Assembly (NCBI GenBank): GCA_020059605.1
Contig: JAGVBT010000120.1
Span: forward strand, 1,582 to 65,581
Direction: 5' to 3'
Origin: Deltaproteobacteria bacterium
GTDB taxonomy: Bacteria > Desulfobacterota > BSN033 > UBA1163
Length of the DNA stretch: 64,000 nucleotides
The notes beneath the pieces were generated by a model. It made no database searches. It was not told where the DNA came from and worked only from the letters and a program-made list of their open reading frames with translations. This document shows, one piece after another, positions 41,757 through 53,409 of this stretch (within the stretch, counting starts at the first letter, position 1; each line of letters starts with the position of its first letter). The translations under genes were made by a program, and so were the position numbers.

Positions 41757-41924
41757 CAGCAATCTCCTTCAATTATCCTGAAATTTGACGTGCCAAATTC
41801 TTGCCAATCATCTTTAAGGCTTCGGATCTAACAAATCCGAAACCCGCATACCGACATCTTTATCCTGTTCAATCATGGTTGAAACCGAGCAAATCAAAAA
41901 CCACTTCCACACAAATTTAACAGG

Positions 41925-42035
41925 GCAGGCAAATTCGAATTTTCAACATTTCAATATCTTAAACTGTTATTGGTCTCGAACATTTGAAATTTGGTCATTT
42001 GGGATTGTTTCGTGTTTCGAATTTCGAATTTTGCT
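41925..42035. repeat. Family A repeat element, gene-less copy
   Basis: ggcaggcaaattcgaattttcaacatttcaat...gaacatttgaaatttggtcatttgggattgtttcgtgtttcgaatttcgaattttgcttgcc. Confidence 0.6.
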
Positions 42036-42040
42036 TGCCT

Positions 42041-43495
42041 TTAAACCACTTTCCTTCTCTCGCTCGAGGAAAGAATCTTCATCATCTCCCGGTATTTTGA
42101 AATCGTCCTTCGGGCAATATGGATATTTTTCTCCTTCAGGATCTGAACCAGCTTCTCATCGCTATGGGGCTTTCTCGGATCCTCCCGGACAATGATCTCC
42201 CGGAGCAAGCTCTTGACGCTTTCGGAAGCCATGGCGTCTCCTTGAATGGAGGGGATGCCGGCATTGAAGAAAAACTTCAGTTCATAGATCCCTTGGGGGG
42301 TATGCATATATTTATTGTTGGTCACCCGGCTCACGGTGGATTCGTGCATCTCGATATCCTCCGCCACATCCCGCAGGACAAGGGGCTTCAGATACTGGAT
42401 CCCCTGATCCAGAAAGTCCTTCTGAAATTTGACGATGCTTTGGGCCACCTTGTAAATGGTCCTCTGCCGTTGATCGATGCTCCGGATCAGCCAGAGGGCG
42501 GAACGCAGTTTCTCCTGGATATATTTTCGGTCATCCTGGTGAGATTGACGGCCCTCGGCGAGAATACGGCGGTAGTAGGAATTGACAACCAACCTGGGAA
42601 TTCCTTCGTCGTTCAGGGAGATCACGTATTCCCCCTCCATTTTGTAAACATACACATCGGGAGTGATGTCCTGGGCAACCTCGCCTCCATAAGCTCTTCC
42701 CGGTTTGGGCTCCAGCTTCGAGATCAGGGCGGCCGCTCGATTCACCCTTTCGAGGGAAACGCCTACCCGTTTCGCAATCGCCGGGAAGTTCCGGTTCTTC
42801 AACAGGGAAAGATGCTCTATCACGATCTTTTCCGCAATGGGGTCACGGATGGACAACTGATGCAACTGGATGAGAAGGCATTCCTTCAAATCCCTGGCCG
42901 CCACTCCGACGGGATCGAACTGTTGAATCTTTGGAAGGACCTTTTCCGCCATCTCAAGGGGAAAACCGGTCTCGGCGCTGATCTCCTCCAGGGACATCTT
43001 CAAATACCCGTCCTCATCCAGGTTTCCGATGATCCATATCCCGGTCTGTTTTTCTTCTTCGCTTAAGTAGGAAAGCTGGAGTTGCCAGCGGAGATGGTCG
43101 GAAAGGGTGGTGCTCTTGGTCAGGAAATTTTCAAAAGAAGGCCTCTCTTCGCCGTCCGCCTCCCTCGGTCCGGAAAGGGGGGCATGATTATAATTCTCAA
43201 GATAATTTTCCCAGTCGAACTCGTCGGACCCCTCTCCCTCTCCTTTCACTTCAATAGTATGCTCCGGACTCAATACCGGCTGCTCCGCCGCTGTTTCGTT
43301 TGTCCGTTCTTCTTCATCGGATGATTCCTTTCCTTCCTCGATCTCTTCGAGGAGCGGATTTTCGTTCATCTCCTGGCCGATCATGTCCACCAGTTCGAGC
43401 CGCGTCAACTGAAGAAGCCGGATCGCCTGCTGGAGCTGGGGAGTGATCACAAGTTGCTGAACAAGTTTGGGCGACTGTTTAAGCTCTAAAACCAT
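42041..43495 (-). CDS. rpoN: RNA polymerase sigma-54 factor
   Basis: N-terminal Gln/Leu-rich region, RpoN box ARRTISKYRE, HTH. Confidence 0.95.
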   Translation of the reverse strand: MVLELKQSPKLVQQLVITPQLQQAIRLLQLTRLELVDMIGQEMNENPLLEEIEEGKESSDEEERTNETAAEQPVLSPEHTIEVKGEGEGSDEFDWENYLENYNHAPLSGPREADGEERPSFENFLTKSTTLSDHLRWQLQLSYLSEEEKQTGIWIIGNLDEDGYLKMSLEEISAETGFPLEMAEKVLPKIQQFDPVGVAARDLKECLLIQLHQLSIRDPIAEKIVIEHLSLLKNRNFPAIAKRVGVSLERVNRAAALISKLEPKPGRAYGGEVAQDITPDVYVYKMEGEYVISLNDEGIPRLVVNSYYRRILAEGRQSHQDDRKYIQEKLRSALWLIRSIDQRQRTIYKVAQSIVKFQKDFLDQGIQYLKPLVLRDVAEDIEMHESTVSRVTNNKYMHTPQGIYELKFFFNAGIPSIQGDAMASESVKSLLREIIVREDPRKPHSDEKLVQILKEKNIHIARRTISKYREMMKILSSSERRKVV

Positions 43496-43496
43496 T

Positions 43497-44291
43497 TCAT
43501 TCGAATAAGGGGCCGGGGCTTTTCTCCTCGGCTCCTTTCATCTCCTCTCTCTTGGTCCGGCGCCTCTCGTCCAGGCGAAATCCGTCTCCCAGGTAGATCT
43601 TTCTTGCCTTGGGGCTTCGTGCGATTTCTTCCGGAGTTCCCGATTCCAGGAGGCGGCCCTCGTTCAGGATATAGGCCCGATCGCAGACCCCCAATGTTTC
43701 CCGAACGTTGTGATCCGTGATTATAATTCCAATCCCCTTCGATTTCAATTGACGGACAATGGCCTGGATGTCCAAGACAGCAATGGGATCGATCCCCGCA
43801 AAAGGCTCGTCCAGCAGAATGAAGGACGGGGACAACACCAGGGCCCGCGTGATCTCGACTCTTCTCCGCTCTCCCCCCGAGAGGCTGTAGGCCTTCTGCT
43901 TTCGAAGCTGGGAGAGACCCAGTTCGTTCAGAAGGTCCTCCAGCCGTTTCTGCTTCTCTTCTTTTGGAAGAGAGAGGGTCTCCAGGATGGCCGTCAAATT
44001 CCCCTCTACGGTCAGCTTCCGGAAAACCGAAGGTTCCTGTGGAAGATAACCGATGCCTTTTCTCGCGCGCCAATACATAGGAAGGGAGGTGATCTCCTCT
44101 CCGTTGAGAAAGATCTTTCCTCCATTGGGACGAAGCAATCCGACGATCATATAGAAGATGGTCGTTTTTCCTGCCCCGTTGGGCCCCAGGAGACCCACCA
44201 CCTCGCCCCCATCGATCTCAACGTTGACTTGATCCACTACCTTGCGGCGATGAAACGACTTGATTAACTCTTCACACCTGAGATGGGACAT
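43497..44291 (-). CDS. lptB: LPS export ABC transporter ATP-binding protein LptB
   Basis: [12 protein letters not shown] Walker [12 protein letters not shown] signature; directly upstream of rpoN. Confidence 0.9.
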   Translation of the reverse strand: MSHLRCEELIKSFHRRKVVDQVNVEIDGGEVVGLLGPNGAGKTTIFYMIVGLLRPNGGKIFLNGEEITSLPMYWRARKGIGYLPQEPSVFRKLTVEGNLTAILETLSLPKEEKQKRLEDLLNELGLSQLRKQKAYSLSGGERRRVEITRALVLSPSFILLDEPFAGIDPIAVLDIQAIVRQLKSKGIGIIITDHNVRETLGVCDRAYILNEGRLLESGTPEEIARSPKARKIYLGDGFRLDERRRTKREEMKGAEEKSPGPLFE

Positions 44292-44310
44292 CGCTCTTTT
44301 GATATCAGCT

Positions 44311-44338
44311 GTAGGGGCAATTCATGAATTGCCCCTAC
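44311..44338. repeat. 28-bp perfect palindrome GTAGGGGCAATTCATGAATTGCCCCTAC (copy 2) in the lptA-lptB intergenic spacer
   Basis: The 22-bp core is identical to copy 1 at 18152; the flank change is symmetric, so the palindrome is preserved. Confidence 0.8.
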
Positions 44339-44344
44339 TCCGAA

Positions 44345-44899
44345 CTATTTTTTCTTTTCTTCTTTCGCGGAAGGGTTGATGGTCGTGGTGACCCGGCCCC
44401 CTTTTCCACCCTCCACATAACTTCGTTCCTCGTTGATCAGGTAGACGACCCGTTCTCCCCGAACCACATTTTCGCCTTCGCGGATCACCGCCTCTCCCTC
44501 CAGGACAATCTTATTCTCATCGTGGTAAAAGGTGACCTTCTGGCCGGTCGCCCTCCGGTCCTGCTGGACGATCCTGACGTTTCCCGTGGCGACGATCTCC
44601 TTCATCCCCTTCATGTCCATATCATAGTGGATGACGATGGTATTGGCATAAAGGGTCGCCCCTTCCTGCTTGGCAACCACATTTCCCTTGAAGGTGACCC
44701 GGTTCTGTTTCTGATCTCCTTCGACCATGTCTGAGGTGATCTCAATAGGTGAGCGGGAGCTGGTAAATCCGAATCCCATGGCCGAGCCGGCCTTCTTCTC
44801 CTGGGCCCCTGCAGGGGGCAGGAAGAAGGCAAGGGAGAAAAGAATCGCCGCCAGACCAATCTCTTTTTTCAATCTCATCCTCTCCCTCCCCCTTTCCAC
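44345..44899 (-). CDS. lptA: LPS transport periplasmic protein LptA (OstA-like)
   Basis: Signal peptide plus an OstA-like beta-jellyroll repeat pattern. Confidence 0.8.
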   Translation of the reverse strand: MERGRERMRLKKEIGLAAILFSLAFFLPPAGAQEKKAGSAMGFGFTSSRSPIEITSDMVEGDQKQNRVTFKGNVVAKQEGATLYANTIVIHYDMDMKGMKEIVATGNVRIVQQDRRATGQKVTFYHDENKIVLEGEAVIREGENVVRGERVVYLINEERSYVEGGKGGRVTTTINPSAKEEKKK

Positions 44900-45462
44900 C
44901 GGGTCCTTGCCTCGCTGAGGACCTTAAACGTCTTGGCCTCCATATCGATCAACATCCCTTTCCCCGTCAGGCGAATCTGTTCCCCTGCGAATTCGATCGG
45001 GTCGGATGTCCTCGCCTGTTTGGTCGAATGTTCATAGGAAATCGATTCGGTTCTTAGCCGGTACCCGTCGTTCGAGGTGAGAACCACGTTTCCGGCCAGT
45101 TCAATATTTTTTGAGTCCTGGTGGACCTTTCCCCGGTTTCCGGAGAGGGTGAAGGAGCGTCCGTCTTTCGCATAATAGATCACCTTGACGTCCTCCAGCA
45201 GGAGAACGTTCTCCTCCTGGTACTGGCGGATCGCCTGGGCCTCGAGTTCCCATGTCTTTTTACCGTGCTTCTCCTCTACGAATCGAATCTTTTCCAGTCG
45301 CTGGTCTGCGCCTTCCGTCGATATCCCGGCGGCCATCCCGTCTTCCTCCACGGCCTTCTTTCTATCCTGGAGATTGACCCAGAGGCTGACCAGGGCAACC
45401 CCGCCAATCATCAGAATCGAAAGCAAAAGGGTAATCTTAAGTCTTTTCATAACCATCGCCAT
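44875..45462 (-). CDS. lptC: LPS export system protein LptC
   Basis: N-terminal TM anchor, LptC-like periplasmic domain; overlaps the lptA start. Confidence 0.75.
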   Translation of the reverse strand: MAMVMKRLKITLLLSILMIGGVALVSLWVNLQDRKKAVEEDGMAAGISTEGADQRLEKIRFVEEKHGKKTWELEAQAIRQYQEENVLLLEDVKVIYYAKDGRSFTLSGNRGKVHQDSKNIELAGNVVLTSNDGYRLRTESISYEHSTKQARTSDPIEFAGEQIRLTGKGMLIDMEAKTFKVLSEARTRWKGGGRG

Positions 45463-45467
45463 AATAT

Positions 45468-45538
45468 AGTTCGGAGTTCGGAGCCTTTTATCTTTTTCTC
45501 CGAATACTCCGAACTACGAACTCATGACTCCGAACCAT
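45468..45538. repeat. TTCGGAG/CTCCGAA-family (D) palindromic repeat, copy 2
   Basis: atatagttcggagttcggagcc...tctccgaatactccgaactacgaactcatgactccgaacc. Confidence 0.65.
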
Positions 45539-45539
45539 A

Positions 45540-46514
45540 TCAGACCACTCCTGCCTTCAAAAGGTCATGGAGGTGGATGATGCCCACCGGTATTCTATCC
45601 GATTCGCTGTTGAACACGAAAAGAGAGGTAATCGAATATTCCTCCATCTTCTGGACCGCCTTTGCCGCCAGGGCATCCTTCTCAATCCATTTCGGGTTTT
45701 TAGTCATCACCTCTGAGGCGGAGCGTTGGAGGAGATCCGTATACTTCTCGAGGGCCCGTCTCAAGTCTCCATCCGTGACCACTCCGGCCAGGTGCCCTTC
45801 TTCATTACAAACCCCGGTCACCCCCAGCCGTTTCGAAGTGATCTCATAGATGACCTCCTTCATCAAGGCCTTTTCGGATACCCTGGGAAAGGCATCGCCG
45901 GTATGCATCAATTCCTCTACCCGCAAGAGAAGCCTTTTCCCCAGGGCTCCCCCGGGATGGAGTATGGCGAAATCTTCCTTTTTGAACCCTCTCATCACCA
46001 TCAGCGAAACAGCCAGGGCATCTCCCATGGCAAGAGTTGCTGTTGTGCTTGCGGTCGGCGCCAGGCCGAGCGGGCAGGCCTCTTCTTTGACCCGGATGTC
46101 CAGGGAGCAATCCCCGGCTCTGGCCAGGGTGGATCTCGCGTTGCCGGTGAGGGCGATCAACCGATTCCCGTACCTTTTGATGAGAGGTAGGACTTCCAGC
46201 AGTTCTCTTGTCTCCCCGCTGTTCGAAATGGCAATAACCACATCCTCTTTGGCCAGCATTCCGTAATCGCCGTTCAAACCTTCCGCGGGATGGAGAAAGA
46301 ACGCAGGGGTCCCGGTGCTTGCAAACGTGGCGGCGATCTTTCTTCCCACCAGTCCGGATTTTCCCATTCCCATAAGAACAACCCTTCCTTTGCAACGGTA
46401 GAGGACTTCAACGGCCTGTGTAAAATGATGATCGATCTTCTCCGCCAGATCGAGAATGGATTGCGCCTCAATCCTCAGCACCCGTTTTGCCTCATCGATG
46501 ATATTGAAATCCAC
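45540..46514 (-). CDS. kdsD: Arabinose-5-phosphate isomerase (KpsF/GutQ family; SIS plus tandem CBS)
   Basis: SIS motif GMGKSGLVGRKIAATFASTGT; C-terminal CBS pair. Confidence 0.9.
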   Translation of the reverse strand: MDFNIIDEAKRVLRIEAQSILDLAEKIDHHFTQAVEVLYRCKGRVVLMGMGKSGLVGRKIAATFASTGTPAFFLHPAEGLNGDYGMLAKEDVVIAISNSGETRELLEVLPLIKRYGNRLIALTGNARSTLARAGDCSLDIRVKEEACPLGLAPTASTTATLAMGDALAVSLMVMRGFKKEDFAILHPGGALGKRLLLRVEELMHTGDAFPRVSEKALMKEVIYEITSKRLGVTGVCNEEGHLAGVVTDGDLRRALEKYTDLLQRSASEVMTKNPKWIEKDALAAKAVQKMEEYSITSLFVFNSESDRIPVGIIHLHDLLKAGVV

Positions 46515-46560
46515 TTCCTGTTATCCTCTCTCTTTTCTCTTCAATCGCCCTATGATTTTT

Positions 46561-49490
<2,930 letters not shown>

Positions 49491-49622
49491 TTCCTAAACC
49501 CTAAATATACCAAAAAGTTACAAATGTCAAATGAAAAACGGAAAATGAAAGCAAAAGGTATGCCAATTTAAGGAGAGATTTGGAAGTTCAACAATGATCT
49601 TCAACCCATCCGCACGGCGGGT

Positions 49623-50756
49623 TTATTTGCGAACCTTTGGAAAGACCGTTCCTCTCAAATATTGAACGATCCTCTCCATCTCCATCCTGATCTCCCGGTT
49701 GTTTCTGCCATTGTTATCAGGGGTTGGGGGATGACCCCTCAACCCCTGCTCATGGACCCCGTATTTCGATGCGAGTTCTATATAAGAGGACGGCAACTCT
49801 TCCTCAAGTTCCGCTCGGTTCATCACCGCCCAGGCCAGGGTCCATGCCCTTGCGACATTGGAGATTTCATATCCCCCTCCACCCAACGCCACCCACCGAC
49901 GAGCCAGGTCTTTGATCCGTCTGATGACCTTCTCAAAGCCGAAGATGGAGAGGTGAAGGTGCGTCAATGGATCATCCTCAAAGGTATCGACTCCCAATTG
50001 CGTCACAAGAATATCAGGACAAAAATATTCGATCAGCTCAGGGATAACCTCATCAAATGCCCAGAGATAAGTTTCGTCATCTGTGAAGGCAGGAAACGGG
50101 AGGTTCACCGAAAACCCTTCTCCCCTTCCCTCTCCGATCTCATACTCAAAGCCTGTTCCGGGAAACAGTGAATATCCCGATTCATGAAGCGAGATCGTGA
50201 GGACCTGATCGGTCTCATAGAAAGCTGTCTGGACGCCGTCGCCGTGATGGGCATCCAGGTCGATATAAGCCACTCTCATTCCCCGGCTTAAAAGTCTTGA
50301 TATTCCGATCACCGGGTCATTCGTATAGCAGAATCCGGAGGCCTTTGATCTCATCGCATGGTGAAGCCCGCCGGCGATGCTAAAGGAGGTCTCTCCTTCT
50401 CCATCTGCAACAAAATCGACTGCCTGGAGGGTTGCCCCGGTGATCAGGAGCGACCAATCCAAAAGACCGGGAAAGACCGGGTTGTCGCCCGGCCCCAGCC
50501 CGTAAGCGTAGGCATTCCCCTGCAAATGGCCGCGGTTCGCCTGTTTCAATATCTCGATATATTCCTTGCCGTGGAAAAGGGCCAAATCCTCTTCCTCCGC
50601 GCGGATTGCGGGGATGAGTTGAACGGAAGGAAGATCGAGCAGGCCATAGGCTTTGATCAATTCAAAGGTCAGTTTAAGCCGGACCACCCGGAGCGGATGC
50701 ATCGGCCCGTAATCATAGTCGAGGTAGGCATCGGTATAAATGAAGGCGGTTCTCAT
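49623..50756 (-). CDS. Histone deacetylase-family protein (AcuC/acetoin utilisation-like)
   Basis: DLDAHHGDGVQ and SLHE...GTGF motifs of class I/II HDAC fold. Confidence 0.85.
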   Translation of the reverse strand: MRTAFIYTDAYLDYDYGPMHPLRVVRLKLTFELIKAYGLLDLPSVQLIPAIRAEEEDLALFHGKEYIEILKQANRGHLQGNAYAYGLGPGDNPVFPGLLDWSLLITGATLQAVDFVADGEGETSFSIAGGLHHAMRSKASGFCYTNDPVIGISRLLSRGMRVAYIDLDAHHGDGVQTAFYETDQVLTISLHESGYSLFPGTGFEYEIGEGRGEGFSVNLPFPAFTDDETYLWAFDEVIPELIEYFCPDILVTQLGVDTFEDDPLTHLHLSIFGFEKVIRRIKDLARRWVALGGGGYEISNVARAWTLAWAVMNRAELEEELPSSYIELASKYGVHEQGLRGHPPTPDNNGRNNREIRMEMERIVQYLRGTVFPKVRK

Positions 50757-50982
50757 AACAAAAAAAGGTCCATCCCCAATTTATCCCAATATCCCTCCAT
50801 TTTCAAGATTGGAGAAATAGCTTGGAGAAATGGCTTAATGGCTTAGTGGTGCATACAAAAAACAATGGGCAATGAACGATGACCAATAAATTCAAAAAAA
50901 ATCCTGTTAAGAGATTCGAGTAAACACGACCATACTCAAACTCTTAGACAGGAGCTTTCTAAAGGTCTTATGACGAAACCCC

Positions 50983-52158
50983 TTATGGACAGGCCAACGG
51001 GGCTCCGCAATCCGAGCATTCCAGATTTCTCCACGGTCCCCCGCCGCGACCGTGGATGCCTAACCGGTTGATTAACAGGGCCCTGATCCATTGAACGAAA
51101 GGAACGCCGGCTGAGTTTTCCTCGTAGAACTCATCGTAAGCCATGATCGTATGTGCGGTTCCTGCCGCGATGTAATATCTATAATTCGGTGCCTCCGCGG
51201 CAAGATCGGCATGATCTAACATCTGCTCATTCCAGTCGCACCAGACGGGCACAAAATTTGACCATTTTGTAGGATCTGCGATATTGATCATCACATTGTA
51301 AAAGAAGGCCTGAGTTCCATCCCAGGCATTTGTAAACTGCCCCATTTTTCGATTCGAATAGTATTGGGCAATCATCTTGTACATCTCTGCAATCGAATAA
51401 TCTGAAAAAGGCCTTTCAAAACCGGGAATCCATGCAGGTAAGTTCTGAACAAAACCCCAATTATGGATCTGGACATCATGAAACAATTCGGTGACAACCC
51501 CGAAACCTGCATCGCCCAGCATGCTCGCAACGGAATTCGGGTAAGCCTCCTGGATATAGGGAAATCCCACGAGGGCTCCGTAACTCCCTGCACTTGACCC
51601 TGTAACAAAAATTTTGTTCGGCCGTTGGAAGTTCTCCGTGATCCACTTCAGGACCGCCAGGAAATTATCAAACCCTTTGTGGTGGATCGTATAAGGGCCA
51701 TCCCCTTGATAACCAGGATATGTTTTGGAAGCGCTTCCCCAGTGGATATCTCCCGTACAGTAGGGGATGAAGACAAAGTTCCAGTGCCTAAAGGGATTGG
51801 CCGGACGACTCATGTCGAAAATGCCTTTAGCCCCTGTTAGCCCCCCAACGGTCTCATCCACTGTCGGCGAAAATGTTTTTGCATAAATGCAATTGATCGT
51901 ATCCCAGCAAGCCCCTCCACCGTCAAAAAAGATAACTAAGTTGTTGAGCAGGCCCCCTTTGACGAAAAACTTGAAGGTGGGATCTGTTCCAGGAGCTCCC
52001 GAACAGGTTGGATTCAACTCCCTGCCCATAAATTCGACCGGTCCCGGCGTGATTTCTGTCCACGTTTTGGGGATATTGCTGCCGGCAAAAGAAATTGAAA
52101 CAAACGACAAAACCGATATGATTAAAACCATCATCCTGCTATACCCAATGCGTCTCAT
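50983..52158 (-). CDS. Secreted pectin-acetylesterase/Notum-family (PAE) alpha/beta hydrolase
   Basis: Signal peptide; FFDGGGACWD, IPYCTGD, GSSAGSYGA motifs; local GC is visibly lower than the neighbouring genes. Confidence 0.7.
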   Translation of the reverse strand: MRRIGYSRMMVLIISVLSFVSISFAGSNIPKTWTEITPGPVEFMGRELNPTCSGAPGTDPTFKFFVKGGLLNNLVIFFDGGGACWDTINCIYAKTFSPTVDETVGGLTGAKGIFDMSRPANPFRHWNFVFIPYCTGDIHWGSASKTYPGYQGDGPYTIHHKGFDNFLAVLKWITENFQRPNKIFVTGSSAGSYGALVGFPYIQEAYPNSVASMLGDAGFGVVTELFHDVQIHNWGFVQNLPAWIPGFERPFSDYSIAEMYKMIAQYYSNRKMGQFTNAWDGTQAFFYNVMINIADPTKWSNFVPVWCDWNEQMLDHADLAAEAPNYRYYIAAGTAHTIMAYDEFYEENSAGVPFVQWIRALLINRLGIHGRGGGPWRNLECSDCGAPLACP

Positions 52159-52482
52159 AAGTCGCCCCCTTTCTTGGCTGAAAAGAATACCAATAAGTAT
52201 TGGCTGTAGTAAAATATGACCCTGCCACCAAACCCCTTCTCTTCATCAGTTAAATGATTTTTTCTATCCCCCCTTGGAAAGAGAATTATTATGGAACCGT
52301 CAAATAAACCATACCCCCAAGAAATTACCTTGTCAATAACAAAAATAGTGGGGCAATGGGGACGTTGTTGACTAAGTTGAATAACTCCCGCAAGCGCAGT
52401 CAAATAAAAATCTCGCCTATCGACTTTCATCAACCAACAAGTGAAATATTTCCATGTCGCTAACACACCATGGATTTTTTTG

Positions 52483-52510
52483 TTGACATCCGTGGATTCA
52501 ATTTTATAGG
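52483..52510 (+). promoter_or_regulatory. Putative promoter TTGACA-16-TATAGG for the second liv-type operon
   Basis: Read directly within a 430-bp AT-rich spacer. Confidence 0.3.
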
Positions 52511-52587
52511 ATAGTGGGCAACTTAGTTTCCTACCTCTCCATAAGGATAATAAAATTTCTGTCAAATTAAGGGTCGAAAATATCTGG

Positions 52588-53337
52588 TTGAATTTCGGCG
52601 GCGTCTCCGCACTTTCCGGGGTCAGTTTCGAAGTGAAAGAGGGAGAGATGCTTGCCGTCATTGGACCCAATGGCGCCGGTAAAACCAGCATCCTCAATTG
52701 CATCAACGGTTTTTACCAACCCCAGAATGGAGAGATGATCTTCGAAGATCGGAGCATCTACCGCCTTCGGCCCCATCAGATCGCCCGCCTGGGGATCGGG
52801 CGAACCTTCCAGAACATCGAGCTTTTCGCAGGCCTTTCGGTCCTGGACAACCTGATGGCCGCCAGGCATATCCATTTAAAAAGGGGGGCCCTTGCAGGGG
52901 CCTTCTACTTTGGACCGGCCCGTCGCGAAGAGATTCGACACCGTGAAGTCGTCGAGGATATGATCGATCTCCTGGAGATGGAACCCTATCGTAAGAAAGT
53001 GGTCGGCCTCCTTCCCTACGGCGTGCGGAAGCGTGTGGAGCTTGGAAGAGCTCTTGCCCTCGAGCCCAAACTCCTCCTGCTCGATGAGCCGATGGCCGGG
53101 ATGAACCTCGAGGAAAAAGAAGATATGGCCCGTTTCATCATCGACATCCATGAACTCAAAAATATTCCTATTATTTTAGTGGAACATGACATGGAAGTGG
53201 TGATGGATATTGCGGAGAGGCTGGTGGTTCTCGACTTCGGTAAGAAGATTGCTGAGGGAGAACCAGAAGAGATCAGGCAAAATCCCCTGGTGATCCGGGC
53301 CTATCTGGGAGACGAAGAGAGCGTGACGGATCAGTGA
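52588..53337 (+). CDS. Liv-type ABC transporter ATP-binding protein (LivG-like); annotated start TTG; conserved N-terminal residues lie upstream without a canonical start codon
   Basis: Walker [14 protein letters not shown]-like and LivG-type insertion; the in-frame upstream frame reads KLRVENIWLNFGG (conserved in LivG) but contains no ATG/GTG/TTG back to the stop at 52525. Confidence 0.8.
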   Translation: MNFGGVSALSGVSFEVKEGEMLAVIGPNGAGKTSILNCINGFYQPQNGEMIFEDRSIYRLRPHQIARLGIGRTFQNIELFAGLSVLDNLMAARHIHLKRGALAGAFYFGPARREEIRHREVVEDMIDLLEMEPYRKKVVGLLPYGVRKRVELGRALALEPKLLLLDEPMAGMNLEEKEDMARFIIDIHELKNIPIILVEHDMEVVMDIAERLVVLDFGKKIAEGEPEEIRQNPLVIRAYLGDEESVTDQ

Positions 53338-53339
53338 AA

Positions 53340-53375
53340 ATTGTAAATTTTAAATTGCAAATTGCAAAATCCATA
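53340..53375. repeat. AATTGCAA-core repeat (family F)
   Basis: aaattgtaaattttaaattgcaaattgcaaaatcc. Confidence 0.4.
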
Positions 53376-53409
53376 TTAAAACAAAAAGTACTCGAGTGTG
53401 GCAAAATAG

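Noticed and set aside
42119-43066. 315-aa plus-strand ORF
   Set aside because: Fully antisense to rpoN, which has unmistakable sigma-54 motifs. No independent support.
52155-52706. 183-aa minus-strand ORF spanning the AT-rich spacer and the livG-like 5' end
   Set aside because: It overlaps the livG-like gene on the opposite strand and runs through promoter-like AT-rich DNA. It has no RBS, and the part outside the overlap is short. It is possibly a spurious frame; a small real gene in 52160-52430 cannot be excluded.
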